NCBI GenBank assembly: GCA_038890615.1
Contig: JAWAFI010000002.1
Coordinates: 27,815 to 91,814, forward strand
From: Candidatus Anstonellales archaeon
GTDB lineage: Archaea; Micrarchaeota; Micrarchaeia; Anstonellales; J096
Reading direction: 5' to 3'
DNA length: 64,000 bases
Shown: one piece after another, positions 50,617 through 59,875 of the stretch
Layout of the letters: every line of letters starts with the position of its first letter
How positions within the stretch are numbered: position 1 is the first letter of the stretch
Program-made: the position numbers and the translations under genes
The notes under the pieces: model-generated
Seen by the model: only the letters and a program-made list of their open reading frames with translations
Told to the model about the DNA's origin: nothing
Database searches by the model: none

Positions 50617-51312
50617 AAGCAGGTATATGTTCAGCAGGGAAATTCTTTTCAATCTCTCAACTATTGCCTTTCTGAACATATCATCATCGGTTTGCATTTG
50701 CTTGTTCTCTTCGCTTGACATCCCAAGCTCTTCTGCGTGTTCCTCCCTAATTTTCCTCAATAGGCCATAGGGCTTGTCTGCTTCTTCCAATGCCATTCCC
50801 TTCCTTTCCCTTATCTCTTCTACGATCCTGCCCAGCTCATTTTCCTGCGCCTTTCCAAGCTTCCTTTTTCTTACCTTCAGCTTTGCAACCTGCTTTAGCC
50901 ATTCAACCTCTGCCATTTCCTTTCCATCAACTATGAACTCGCATTCTGCTATATAGCTCTGCAAAGCGCTGTCCTTTGCCCTTGCCCTAAAAAGCGGGTT
51001 CATGAGGTAAAGGTAAACAGGGAGAAGGGATCTTTCAGCGATTGCCTCTTCCACTGCCCTTTCAGCGCATCCGCTGTAATTAACAGAAACAAGCACTTGC
51101 TTATTCCCATTCGGCTCTTTCCTCAAGTTATAATCATGCCTTCCTGCGCAATTGTCTAACCAAAGGAGCTCAGCATAACTTTCTTTATTAATATGTTCAG
51201 CAACTATATTCATGCTTGCGGTGTAATTCCTGAAAATTGTGCTGTCTAGCAGTGGTATAAGGAAATAGGGCGCTTTCCTGAGCTTTGCTGCTTTTAGTTC
51301 TGCCATAGCCAT
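50581..51312 (-). CDS. Hypothetical protein
   Basis: Long ORF with typical composition and no recognised motif. Confidence 0.65.
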   Translation of the reverse strand: MAMAELKAAKLRKAPYFLIPLLDSTIFRNYTASMNIVAEHINKESYAELLWLDNCAGRHDYNLRKEPNGNKQVLVSVNYSGCAERAVEEAIAERSLLPVYLYLMNPLFRARAKDSALQSYIAECEFIVDGKEMAEVEWLKQVAKLKVRKRKLGKAQENELGRIVEEIRERKGMALEEADKPYGLLRKIREEHAEELGMSSEENKQMQTDDDMFRKAIVERLKRISLLNIYLLLKLVKIALKKF

Positions 51313-51438
51313 TCTCCTACGGGATAAAATGAATTGCAAAGAGTAGATTTAAAAGATATTTGGTTATCTATTTCTTTTGTGGGAGGTGTGATGGAGCCCC
51401 TTGGGGTGTACCATCCCCTCTTAACCTTAAGTGGTCTT

Positions 51439-51690
51439 ATGATTCTTTCTGTGAAGGTTAGGGCAGGTGCAAGCAAGGATGCTGTTGAAGACAATGATCC
51501 CCTTACCATATATGTAAAGGAAAAGGCTGAAAACAACAAGGCAAACGTAGCAGTGGTCAAGCTGCTTGCAGAGCACTTTTCAGTGCCTTCTTCATCAATA
51601 AGGATAGTGAAAGGCCATGCCTCATCAAGAAAAGTAATTGAGATTACCTCTTCTTCTTTTCAGCGATTGAAAGGATTAAAACCCCAATAA
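51439..51690 (+). CDS. DUF167 (UPF0235/YggU) protein
   Basis: VKVRAGA, ENNKANVAVVKLLAEHF, IVKGHASSRK. Confidence 0.88.
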   Translation: MILSVKVRAGASKDAVEDNDPLTIYVKEKAENNKANVAVVKLLAEHFSVPSSSIRIVKGHASSRKVIEITSSSFQRLKGLKPQ

Positions 51691-52075
51691 TCGTAATAAG
51701 TATCAAAACTGCAATGAAAAGCATCTCGCTTGAAACACCAGTGCCTTGCTCCTGCTTTCCGCTCAGGTCAGGCTCCTTGAAAGCGCTTGAGTAAAGCGTG
51801 ACCTTTTTCATATCCTTTTCCCCTAAAACTGAAATCTCATAAAGCCCTTCCTCAACTGCTATAAAATCTTTTTTGTATGGAAGCGCTACAGAATCAAGAT
51901 GCTCTACTGCTAACTGCGTTGTGCCTCTCTTGACTACCACAGTGAAGGATTCAGTTCCCTGGCCTCCAATAGTGTAAGTAATTATTCCATCTCTAGCGCT
52001 TGCGCTAAGGGTAAAGGGGTTCACGATACCTGATAGGAGCGAAACAGCCAAAATGCAGAGCAAAATTGCCTTCAT
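51644..52075 (-). CDS. Secreted, C-terminally membrane-anchored surface protein
   Basis: N-terminal signal peptide, beta-rich core, C-terminal TM helix followed by KKKR. Confidence 0.7.
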   Translation of the reverse strand: MKAILLCILAVSLLSGIVNPFTLSASARDGIITYTIGGQGTESFTVVVKRGTTQLAVEHLDSVALPYKKDFIAVEEGLYEISVLGEKDMKKVTLYSSAFKEPDLSGKQEQGTGVSSEMLFIAVLILITIIGVLILSIAEKKKR

Positions 52076-52164
52076 GCTTTTTTATTGCCTACCTATTTTA
52101 AATCCCTTCTGTCTGCTTAAATCTTCCTTTTTTAGCTAAAAATAAAGTCCCGAGCAGTTTTGCC

Positions 52165-52617
52165 TCAACTTTTATGGCTTCTTATTTTCTGATCTCTGAC
52201 CCATATTACCGTAGCACCGCTGTTCAAAAGCGTAATTTTAATCTTTTCATTTTTATGCGAAAAAGCCCACCGCAATGCAGTATCTCCATTTTCGTCTTTG
52301 AAATTTAAATTTGCCCCTTTTAATATTAAGTCTATAATTTTCTCAATCGAGACGCCTACCTCCTTCTTGCATTCTTCCAATAATTCCTTGCCAAGCTTAT
52401 TGGCAGCATCTTCCCCTATTTCCTTCCTCTTTTCCTTATTAATCCTCCTAAGCTCCTCAAAAGCCTCCTTATCCTCCTTCCCGCTCCTAACACTCTCCAA
52501 AACCCTCTTAATAACAAAATCCTCCCCCATCCTTTCCTCCTTTAAACCACTCCTCTCAATTCCTTTAGAAGAGCCCTTCTTTTCCTTCCCTTTCTTATCC
52601 TCTTTTTCAATTGCCAC
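52165..52617 (-). CDS. Short ankyrin-family protein (N-terminal domain plus about one repeat)
   Basis: GKEDKEAFEELRRIN domain, GDTALRWA; GTG start. Confidence 0.8.
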   Translation of the reverse strand: MAIEKEDKKGKEKKGSSKGIERSGLKEERMGEDFVIKRVLESVRSGKEDKEAFEELRRINKEKRKEIGEDAANKLGKELLEECKKEVGVSIEKIIDLILKGANLNFKDENGDTALRWAFSHKNEKIKITLLNSGATVIWVRDQKIRSHKS

Positions 52618-52652
52618 AATATCTTTTCTACCCTATTATTTTTAATCCTTGC

Positions 52653-53921
52653 TCAGCTTAACATCCTACTGACAATTATGCCAACTTTCTTACTACATTC
52701 TCTCAACATAAACTCTAAAGCATCCCTCATTTCGTCCTCTCTTACCTTTTTACCTTTTTCCATTTTCTTAACCGTTCCATATGATCTTATGATCCCCCTT
52801 ATGTATTCATTTCCTGCCAAATCATAAGCTGTCTTTCCATCATTATTTACAATAAAAGGATCAGCCTCTGCCTTCAGAAGCATCTCAACAATCCTCTCAT
52901 GCCCCTTCTCAGCAGCCCACATCAGCGCCGTGCTTCCATCATTATCCTGCAAATCCACCTTAGCCCCTTTATCAATCAATTCCTTTGCCAACCCATCCAG
53001 CCCTCCATTAGCAGCATACATAAGTAGACTCTTTCCATCCTTTGAAACATACTTGGGGTCAACATTCGCCCCAGCCTTCCTAAGCATCTCAACAACCCTC
53101 TTATGCTCATACCAAGCAGCCCACATCAGCGCAGTCCTTCCATCATTATCCTGCAAATCCACCTTAGCCCCTGCCTTTATCAGCAGCTCAAGAATCTCCT
53201 CAGCCCCATTCACAGCAGCATACATCAGCGCAGTCTCTCCATTATTATTCTGCAAATCCAAATTAGCCCCTGCCTCTATCAGCATCTCAACAACCCCCTT
53301 ATGCCCCCCATCATACAAAGTAGCCCACATCAGCGCCGTCCTTCCATCATTATCCTGCAAATCCAAATTAGCCCCTGCCTCTATCAGCAGCTTAAGAACT
53401 CTTTTTTGGTTACCATTAGCAGCCCGCATCAGCGCAGTCTTTCCATTATTATCCTGCAAATCCACCTTAGCCCCTGCCTTTATCAGCATCTCAACAACCC
53501 CCTCATGCCCTCTCTCAGCAGCCCACATCAGCGCAGTCTGTTTAAAAAAATTATCCTCCCCATTCAGCACATTCAGATCCGCCCCTTCTAAAACCATCTT
53601 TACAACCCTTTCTAAAGAAATCTTCTCTTTTTCCTTTCTGCATTCATCAATCAATTTCTTCCCAAGCCTTTCAGCCCTCCTCTTATCTTCCCCTTTCCTT
53701 TCCCTGTTAATCCTCCTAAGCTCCTCAAATGCCTCTTCATCTTCTTTCCTACTCCTACCACTCTCCAAAACCCTCTTAATAACAACATCCTCCCCCATCC
53801 TTCCCTCCTCTAGGCTTCCTTTCTTTATACCTCCAAAAGACCCCAGCAGATAAGACAATATGCTTGGATAAGAGCCTTTTCGTCCTTTCTTCTTATTTTC
53901 ATCCTCTTTTTCAATTGCCAC
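52653..53921 (-). CDS. Ankyrin-repeat protein with seven repeats
   Basis: Repeated TALMxAA...AGA(K/N)(V/L)DLQDN units at about 99-nt period; C-terminal LRECSKK motif. Confidence 0.95.
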   Translation of the reverse strand: MAIEKEDENKKKGRKGSYPSILSYLLGSFGGIKKGSLEEGRMGEDVVIKRVLESGRSRKEDEEAFEELRRINRERKGEDKRRAERLGKKLIDECRKEKEKISLERVVKMVLEGADLNVLNGEDNFFKQTALMWAAERGHEGVVEMLIKAGAKVDLQDNNGKTALMRAANGNQKRVLKLLIEAGANLDLQDNDGRTALMWATLYDGGHKGVVEMLIEAGANLDLQNNNGETALMYAAVNGAEEILELLIKAGAKVDLQDNDGRTALMWAAWYEHKRVVEMLRKAGANVDPKYVSKDGKSLLMYAANGGLDGLAKELIDKGAKVDLQDNDGSTALMWAAEKGHERIVEMLLKAEADPFIVNNDGKTAYDLAGNEYIRGIIRSYGTVKKMEKGKKVREDEMRDALEFMLRECSKKVGIIVSRMLS

Positions 53922-53960
53922 AATATCTTTTCTACCCTTTTCTTTTTAACCCTTGCTCAC

Positions 53961-54673
53961 TCAGCCTAGCATCTTCTTAGCAATTACCCCAGCAGCTCTC
54001 TTATCACAACCTTCTAAAGCGTACTCTAAAACCTCTTTCCTTTCCTCATTGCTTACTTCTTCTCCTTTTTCTATTCTCTTAACCACTTTATATAAATTTA
54101 TAATATTGCCTATTTCGTAGAGCCTTGCAAAATCATAAGCAGTTTTTCCATCTTTATCTACAATAAAAGGATCAGCCCTGCCTTCAAAAGCACCTCCACA
54201 ATCCCTTCATCATGAATTAAAGCAGCCACCATCAACGCCGTTCTTCCATACTTATTTTGCAAATCCAAATTTGCACCTAACTTAACCAACAACTCCACAA
54301 CCCCCTTATTATTATTCATAGTAGCCCATATCAACGCCGTCCTTCCATCATTATCCTGCAAATCCAAATTTGCCCCTTCTAAAACCAGCTTTAAAACCTC
54401 CTCAACCGAAACTACTTCCTTTTTTCCAAACTCTTCTATCAGCTCTTTTCCAATCATATTGCTCCTTTCCTCTCCAATCTCTTCCCTCTTCTCCTTGTTA
54501 ATCCTCCTAAGCTCCTCAAAAGCCTCCTTATCTTCCTTCCCGCTCCTAACAGCCTTCAAAACCCTCTTAATAACCAAATCCTCTTCTATATCCTTTTCTT
54601 CAATAACCGCTTCCTTCCTTAATTCAACCTCTTCTCCCTTTCTTTTCCCCTTGCCACCGTTAATCTTGTGCAT
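53961..54673 (-). pseudogene. Frameshifted ankyrin-repeat gene
   Basis: Frame ends at 54158 (KAGLILLL*). Adding one G at GCAGGGCTGATCC (about 54177) restores ADPFIVDKDGKTAYDFA...ALEGCDKRAAGVIAKKMLG with a stop at 53961. Confidence 0.85.
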
Positions 54674-54740
54674 ATAATTGGGGATGTATCTAACCTTATA
54701 ATTATTTGTCTTCTCCTTTCCTGCCTAGCCTTTAGATAAT

Positions 54741-55061
54741 TTAAATCCTGCTCAATGATATGCGCTCAATAGCATCCCACAACGCTTTTTTCTTCAGCAC
54801 AATCCTCTTACCTTTTATGCCTTTAAGAGAGCAAAACACCGGCAGAGCAAGGTAAGTGTTTGCTTTTTTTAAGTCTGAAATTTGCCTTTTGCCTTCAAGG
54901 AAAAGAAGAAACTCTATTATCTTGTCCCTTGCCATGTTGGTTTTTTCCTTGAATGCTTTTTCAGCCAGAGCTTTTGCAAGGAGAACCTCCTCTTCGCTTA
55001 CCTCTGTTAATGTTGTGCATGGGGCTCTTTTTATAGGCTCTTTCACAATTATTCCCTGCAT
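54741..55061 (-). CDS. cgi121: KEOPS subunit Cgi121-like protein
   Basis: AEKAFKEKTNMARD..IEFLLFLEGKRQISD, C-terminal AIERISL. Confidence 0.7.
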   Translation of the reverse strand: MQGIIVKEPIKRAPCTTLTEVSEEEVLLAKALAEKAFKEKTNMARDKIIEFLLFLEGKRQISDLKKANTYLALPVFCSLKGIKGKRIVLKKKALWDAIERISLSRI

Positions 55062-55118
55062 AAAGTGAGTTAAGGATAATGTTTTAAAATCATCTGGGCA
55101 AATAATTGCGGTGAATTG

Positions 55119-55475
55119 ATGAGGCAGTATCATAAAAAGCATTCAAAAACAAGCAAGCCAAGCGATAAGAAGCTTAGTGCTATAGGTGGCGAGCCAGCTA
55201 ATGCAAAGGTTGGGGATAAGAAGAAAGCGAAGACAATAAGGGTAAAGGGCGGTAATTTCAAGAGAAAGATAAAGGTAGCTGATTTCGCGAATGTGCTTAC
55301 AAAGGAAGGGAAGATGCAGAAAGTAAGGATAAAGGGGGTTGTGGAAGGCAACACAAGCGAATTCACCAGGGAGAACATAATTACGAAAGGCGCTATAATA
55401 AACACAGAGATTGGGAAGGCTATAGTCACGAGCAGGCCTGGCCAGCATGGGGTAATAAACGCAAAGCAGATCTAA
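55119..55475 (+). CDS. rps8e: 30S ribosomal protein eS8
   Basis: RVKGGN, RENIITKGAIINTEIGKAIVTSRPGQHGVINA. Confidence 0.95.
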   Translation: MRQYHKKHSKTSKPSDKKLSAIGGEPANAKVGDKKKAKTIRVKGGNFKRKIKVADFANVLTKEGKMQKVRIKGVVEGNTSEFTRENIITKGAIINTEIGKAIVTSRPGQHGVINAKQI

Positions 55476-55477
55476 AG

Positions 55478-56209
55478 ATGGAAATCCTATTCTTAGGCAC
55501 AGGAGGAGGCAGGCTAAACCTTGTAAAGCAATTAAGATGGACTGGAGGGTTCAGGATAAATGGCTCAGCAACAATACACGTTGACCCAGGGCCAGGGGCT
55601 CTTGTAAGGGCATGGCAGGTTGGTGTTGACCCAAGGAAAACTGATGCGCTTATTGTCACGCATGCGCACACTGACCACTGGACTGATACAATACCTATGA
55701 TAGAGGCGATTACTGAAGGAACTATGAAAAAGAGAGGGTTAGTTATCTGCAGCAATTCAGTTTATAATAACATATCAGATTTCCACAAAGGGCTTTTGAG
55801 GGTTGAAAAAGCAGAAGCAGGTGAGAAGAAAGATTACACTATAGATGGAAAGAGCTTTAAGGCAGAGTTTACACCTGTCAACCATGAAAGCGATGGGTTT
55901 GGGTTTGTCCTTGAGATGGATGGAAAGAAGATAGGATACACAAGCGACACAGAATATTTTGAGGAGCTTGATGGCTACTTCAAAGGTGTCGATGTTCTGA
56001 TTGCCAACGTGTTCAAGCCAAAGCCAGATGGCTACATAGGGCACCTTACTGCAGAAAGCGCAGCAAAGCTTGCAGAAGGGGCAAAGCCAAAGCTTATGGT
56101 GCTTACCCACATGGGAACCAAGATGCTGGGGAATGAGTGGGAAGAGATACAAAAGGAAAGCGGGGTAAGGACCATCTGCGCAACAGACATGCTTAGGCTG
56201 GAGGTATAA
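55478..56209 (+). CDS. MBL-fold metallo-hydrolase (PhnP/RNase Z-like)
   Basis: FLGTGGGR, DPGPG, THAHTDH, YTSDT, GHL, LTHMG. Confidence 0.9.
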   Translation: MEILFLGTGGGRLNLVKQLRWTGGFRINGSATIHVDPGPGALVRAWQVGVDPRKTDALIVTHAHTDHWTDTIPMIEAITEGTMKKRGLVICSNSVYNNISDFHKGLLRVEKAEAGEKKDYTIDGKSFKAEFTPVNHESDGFGFVLEMDGKKIGYTSDTEYFEELDGYFKGVDVLIANVFKPKPDGYIGHLTAESAAKLAEGAKPKLMVLTHMGTKMLGNEWEEIQKESGVRTICATDMLRLEV

Positions 56210-56243
56210 GCTTATATATAAGCATATCCTACCAAATAAAAGC

Positions 56244-56933
56244 ATGAGGTTAATAAATCTCTTTTCAAGGAAGTCCGGAATTGCGCTAGAAGAGGATATA
56301 AAAAATGCTTTTACCAAGGCAAGGATGTTTATAGAGCATCGCTTAGGCCTGCCGACTAAGGATGCTAAATTAGTAAAAATGGTGAGCAAGGCACTAAGGG
56401 ATAGTAATGAAAATAACAGCGCATGGGCTCTGCTTAAGGTTAGGAACAGAGAAAACAGGGAGAAGAGGAGCGATGGCATAAAGGAGCACTTGGACTGCAG
56501 GCTTGTTGCCTGCTCTTGGAGCGGGGATATAAAGGCTTGTATACAACTGCTTGTGGACGGGGCAGACCCAAATGCAAGGAGCCATAGGGGCGAAACAGCG
56601 CTTATGAATATGGCAAGGCATGGGAGGAGAAAAGGCACCAGGCTGATGCTTCTTGCGGGCGCAGACGTTGCTATGGCGGACAATTATGGAAACACAGCGT
56701 TGAGCTACGCTGCTGAGAAGGGCTACAAAGACACTGTAAAATTGCTTTTGGAGAAGATGAAACAGAAGATTGATGATGAGCAGGGAAATCAAGAAAGCTA
56801 TGAGAAAACCCTAAAGAAAATGCGCGATATAGCAAAAATGGCTTTTGAGGTTGCAAAGGGAAATGATACCAAAGTGGAGATTGCTGAATTTATAATAGCG
56901 ACAGAATCCATTGCTCAAACCAAGACAGGGTAA
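56244..56933 (+). CDS. Ankyrin-repeat protein (divergent family member)
   Basis: GADPNA, GETALM, GNTALSYAAEKG; diverged family N-terminal domain. Confidence 0.88.
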   Translation: MRLINLFSRKSGIALEEDIKNAFTKARMFIEHRLGLPTKDAKLVKMVSKALRDSNENNSAWALLKVRNRENREKRSDGIKEHLDCRLVACSWSGDIKACIQLLVDGADPNARSHRGETALMNMARHGRRKGTRLMLLAGADVAMADNYGNTALSYAAEKGYKDTVKLLLEKMKQKIDDEQGNQESYEKTLKKMRDIAKMAFEVAKGNDTKVEIAEFIIATESIAQTKTG

Positions 56934-56978
56934 AAAGCCGGGGCAGAAGTTTTAAAAGCAAAATGCAATCTATAATGC

Positions 56979-59273
56979 ATGCTTGAAAAGAGATTCAAGA
57001 AAGAGTATGAAGCAGAGCTTATTAAGTATTGGGAAGAGCAGAAGGTTTACCAGTTCAGAGGCACAGCAGCAGGACCTATTTATGTAATTGATACCCCCCC
57101 TCCATTTACGAGCGGAGAGCTTCATATGGGGCACGCACTTAGCTATGCTTACTTTGATTTCGTTGCTCGATACAAGAGGATGAACGGCTTCAGCGTATAT
57201 TACCCGCAGGGATGGGACACACAAGGGTTCCCAACCGAAGTAAAGGTGGAAAAAATACACGGAAGAAAGAACAGGGAGGAATTCATTAAGCACTGCGTAG
57301 AGTGGACAGAGAAGCATATTGAGATTATGAAGAATTCAATGAAGATGCTAGGGTTCTCCCCAGATTGGAATTATGAGTATAAAACTTATACCCCTTGGTA
57401 CCATAAGATTGTGCAGGAAAGCATTTTGGAGATGTACAAAAAAGGGCTTATTTACAGGAAAAAGCACCCTGTTTATTACTGCACGAAGTGCTATTCAGGG
57501 CTTGCAAACAGTGATATAGAAAACGTTGAGAGGAATGGCAAGCTTTATTATGTAAAATTTGATGGGGCAGAGATAGCAACAACAAGGCCTGAGCTAATAG
57601 AGGCGTGTGTTGCGCTTGTTGTCCACCCAAGCGGCAGGAATAAGGGGCTTATTGGAAAAACAGTGAAAACACCTTATGGCAAGGAGGTTAAGGTATTTGC
57701 TGATGATAAAGTAGATGAGGGGTTTGGGACAGGAGTAGTAATGGTGTGTACTTATGGCGATATGCAGGATGTTGCATGGGCTTACAAGTTTGGGCTGGAT
57801 GAAATAGAGCTGGTTGGCGCTGATGGAAGGATGAAGGAAGGTATGCATGCAGGCCTAAAAGTAAAAGAGGCAAGGGAAAAAAGCATTGAGTTCCTTAGGG
57901 GCAGTGGGAGGTTAGTAAAAGAGGAAGAAGTTCCTCAGACAGTAAAGATACATGACAGGTGCAAAACTGAAGTAGAGATAATAAGAACTTATCAGTGGTT
58001 TGCAAAAATTAAGGGAAACGAAGAGCTTATAGAAAGGTTTGCAAAGGAGATAAAGTGGATCCCTGAATTCGGCATACATTATCTCCTTGATTGGCTCTAC
58101 AACATAGATTGGGATTGGGTAATTTCTAGGCAGAGATGGTTTGGCACCCCGATACCTTTTTACGTGTGCCCTGCATGCAACAGGGTTGAGCCTGCATCTG
58201 AGCTACCTTTTGAGCCTCCTAATGTGCCTGCAAAAGTATGCCATTGCGGTACAAAAATGGAGCCTGAAAAAAGCGTGTTTGACTGTTGGGTTGACTCAAG
58301 CATAACTCCCTTGATTATAAAGGAGCTGGGTAAAAGCGAGAAGCTCTATCCTGCATCGCTTAGGCCGCAAGGGGTTGAGATAGTAAGGACATGGGCTTTT
58401 TATACCATTTACAGGTGCGGAGTGCTAACAGGGAAAAAGCCTTTTGAAGCAATATTGCTTAATGGGAATGTGCTTGGCCTTGATGGCAGAAAGATGAGCA
58501 AGAGCTTGGGCAATGGTATACTTCCTGATGAGCTCCAGCAGAAGTACCCTGCAGATGCAATAAGGCAATGGGCAGCAATGAGCGGGGCAATGGCAAAGGA
58601 CAGGCCCTTCAGCTATGAGGACATAAATTATGCAAGGAATTTTATGACAAAACTATGGAATACTGCAAGGTTTTACGAAAGTTTCAAGGGGCATGCTGAA
58701 ACAAGCGAAAGGGAGCCCATAGATGAATGGATAGAAAGCAGGATGAATGAGGTTGTGGAGCAAGTCACTGATGCTATGGAAAGGATGGAATTCCAGGAGG
58801 CAATAAGGCTGATACACACATTCTTCTGGGGGGAGGTGGCTGATTTCTACTTGGAGCACATAAAGCACAGGGTTTATGGGAATGATGAAAAAAGGAAGAA
58901 TTCAGCGCTTTCAGCCTTTAAGCAAGTGCTTTACACTGTATTGAAGCTCATTGCGCCTTTTGCACCTTTCATGGCTGAGAAAGTATACCTTGAGCTATTT
59001 GGAAACGAGGGGCCAAGCGTGCATTTGGCAAAATGGCCAAGGGCAGGGCCCATAAACAAGGAAAGGATAAAGGAAGTGGGAGAGTTCAACAAGCTGGTTT
59101 CGCTCTGCAGGAAGGAGAAATCTTCAAAAGGTATACCGCTTGGTGCAGAGGTAGAGAAGCTAATTGTGAAAGGCTTTAAGCTAACTGACTATTACAAAAG
59201 GGAGCTTGTGAGCATAGTCAGGGCAAAGGCAGTAGAGTTTGAAGAAGGGGAAAAGGGGGTAGAGATTAGGTAA
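56979..59273 (+). CDS. valS: Valine--tRNA ligase (archaeal)
   Basis: DTPPPFTSGELHMGH, GWDTQGFPTE, WVISRQRWFG, KMSKS. Confidence 0.96.
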   Translation: MLEKRFKKEYEAELIKYWEEQKVYQFRGTAAGPIYVIDTPPPFTSGELHMGHALSYAYFDFVARYKRMNGFSVYYPQGWDTQGFPTEVKVEKIHGRKNREEFIKHCVEWTEKHIEIMKNSMKMLGFSPDWNYEYKTYTPWYHKIVQESILEMYKKGLIYRKKHPVYYCTKCYSGLANSDIENVERNGKLYYVKFDGAEIATTRPELIEACVALVVHPSGRNKGLIGKTVKTPYGKEVKVFADDKVDEGFGTGVVMVCTYGDMQDVAWAYKFGLDEIELVGADGRMKEGMHAGLKVKEAREKSIEFLRGSGRLVKEEEVPQTVKIHDRCKTEVEIIRTYQWFAKIKGNEELIERFAKEIKWIPEFGIHYLLDWLYNIDWDWVISRQRWFGTPIPFYVCPACNRVEPASELPFEPPNVPAKVCHCGTKMEPEKSVFDCWVDSSITPLIIKELGKSEKLYPASLRPQGVEIVRTWAFYTIYRCGVLTGKKPFEAILLNGNVLGLDGRKMSKSLGNGILPDELQQKYPADAIRQWAAMSGAMAKDRPFSYEDINYARNFMTKLWNTARFYESFKGHAETSEREPIDEWIESRMNEVVEQVTDAMERMEFQEAIRLIHTFFWGEVADFYLEHIKHRVYGNDEKRKNSALSAFKQVLYTVLKLIAPFAPFMAEKVYLELFGNEGPSVHLAKWPRAGPINKERIKEVGEFNKLVSLCRKEKSSKGIPLGAEVEKLIVKGFKLTDYYKRELVSIVRAKAVEFEEGEKGVEIR

Positions 59274-59759
59274 TTATCCTTGTATAGGCCTAGTTATCAT
59301 TTCTCCTGTGGCAGTTATTTCGCTGGAGCATTCATTCCCTAGCTCAATAGGACATACAGCATACTTTACAAGGATGTTAAGGCGGGAAACCTGCCCTGTG
59401 CTTAGCTTCCTTTGCAGCACTCCGGTGAAAAGGCCTTCTTGCCCAGGTGAAAGAAACACTGAGTTAGGAGAGAGCTCCTTCCAATCAGAGTCCCCTGCAG
59501 CCTTTATTGAAACTGATGCAATTTTGACAGGGCTTGAAAACCTGTTCCTTATGCTCATCCTTACTTCAGAATTCTCTCCTTTTACTATTAAAGCATGGCC
59601 AGTGCAGGAAATATCCTCATTTATAGAGCATTGCTCAGGCAAGAATGAGGCAGGGCTGAAAATCCCGCTTACCATTATGTACCCAAGTATTAGCACTATA
59701 GCAAGTATAGCCCATCCGTATGTCATCAAGTATTCTATTGAAGCTTGCGCTTTTTTCAT
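59274..59759 (-). CDS. Class III signal peptide (type IV pilin-like) protein
   Basis: MKKAQASIEYLMTYGWAILAIV prepilin-like N-terminus; Cys pairs. Confidence 0.88.
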   Translation of the reverse strand: MKKAQASIEYLMTYGWAILAIVLILGYIMVSGIFSPASFLPEQCSINEDISCTGHALIVKGENSEVRMSIRNRFSSPVKIASVSIKAAGDSDWKELSPNSVFLSPGQEGLFTGVLQRKLSTGQVSRLNILVKYAVCPIELGNECSSEITATGEMITRPIQG

Positions 59760-59839
59760 GAGCTCACCTTAACCATTATGTATGTTAAAAGTATGACTAT
59801 TGAAACCGAAGCAAGGTACACTACTAGTTCCTCAAACAT
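59756..59839 (-). CDS. Possible 27-aa membrane peptide
   Basis: MFEELVVYLASVSIVILLTYIMVKVSS; stop overlaps the pilin ATG (ATGA); TATA-like site upstream. Confidence 0.5.
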   Translation of the reverse strand: MFEELVVYLASVSIVILLTYIMVKVSS

Positions 59840-59875
59840 AGCAATATTTATAAGAAACATTATTTAAACCTTCTT

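Noticed and set aside
52860..53560. Periodic repeats resembling a CRISPR array
   Set aside because: The period is about 99 nt and in frame, encoding ankyrin units; there are no unique spacers and no cas genes
42606..53853. Long antisense ORFs (e.g. 42606-43268, 43679-44326, 52930-53853; similarly 3399-3905 and 55775-56683)
   Set aside because: Shadows of purine-rich real genes on the opposite strand, with Ser/Phe/Leu-rich low-complexity translations
56210..56223. Perfect palindrome GCTTATATATAAGC upstream of an ankyrin gene
   Set aside because: Most simply the TATA box; not repeated before the other paralogues
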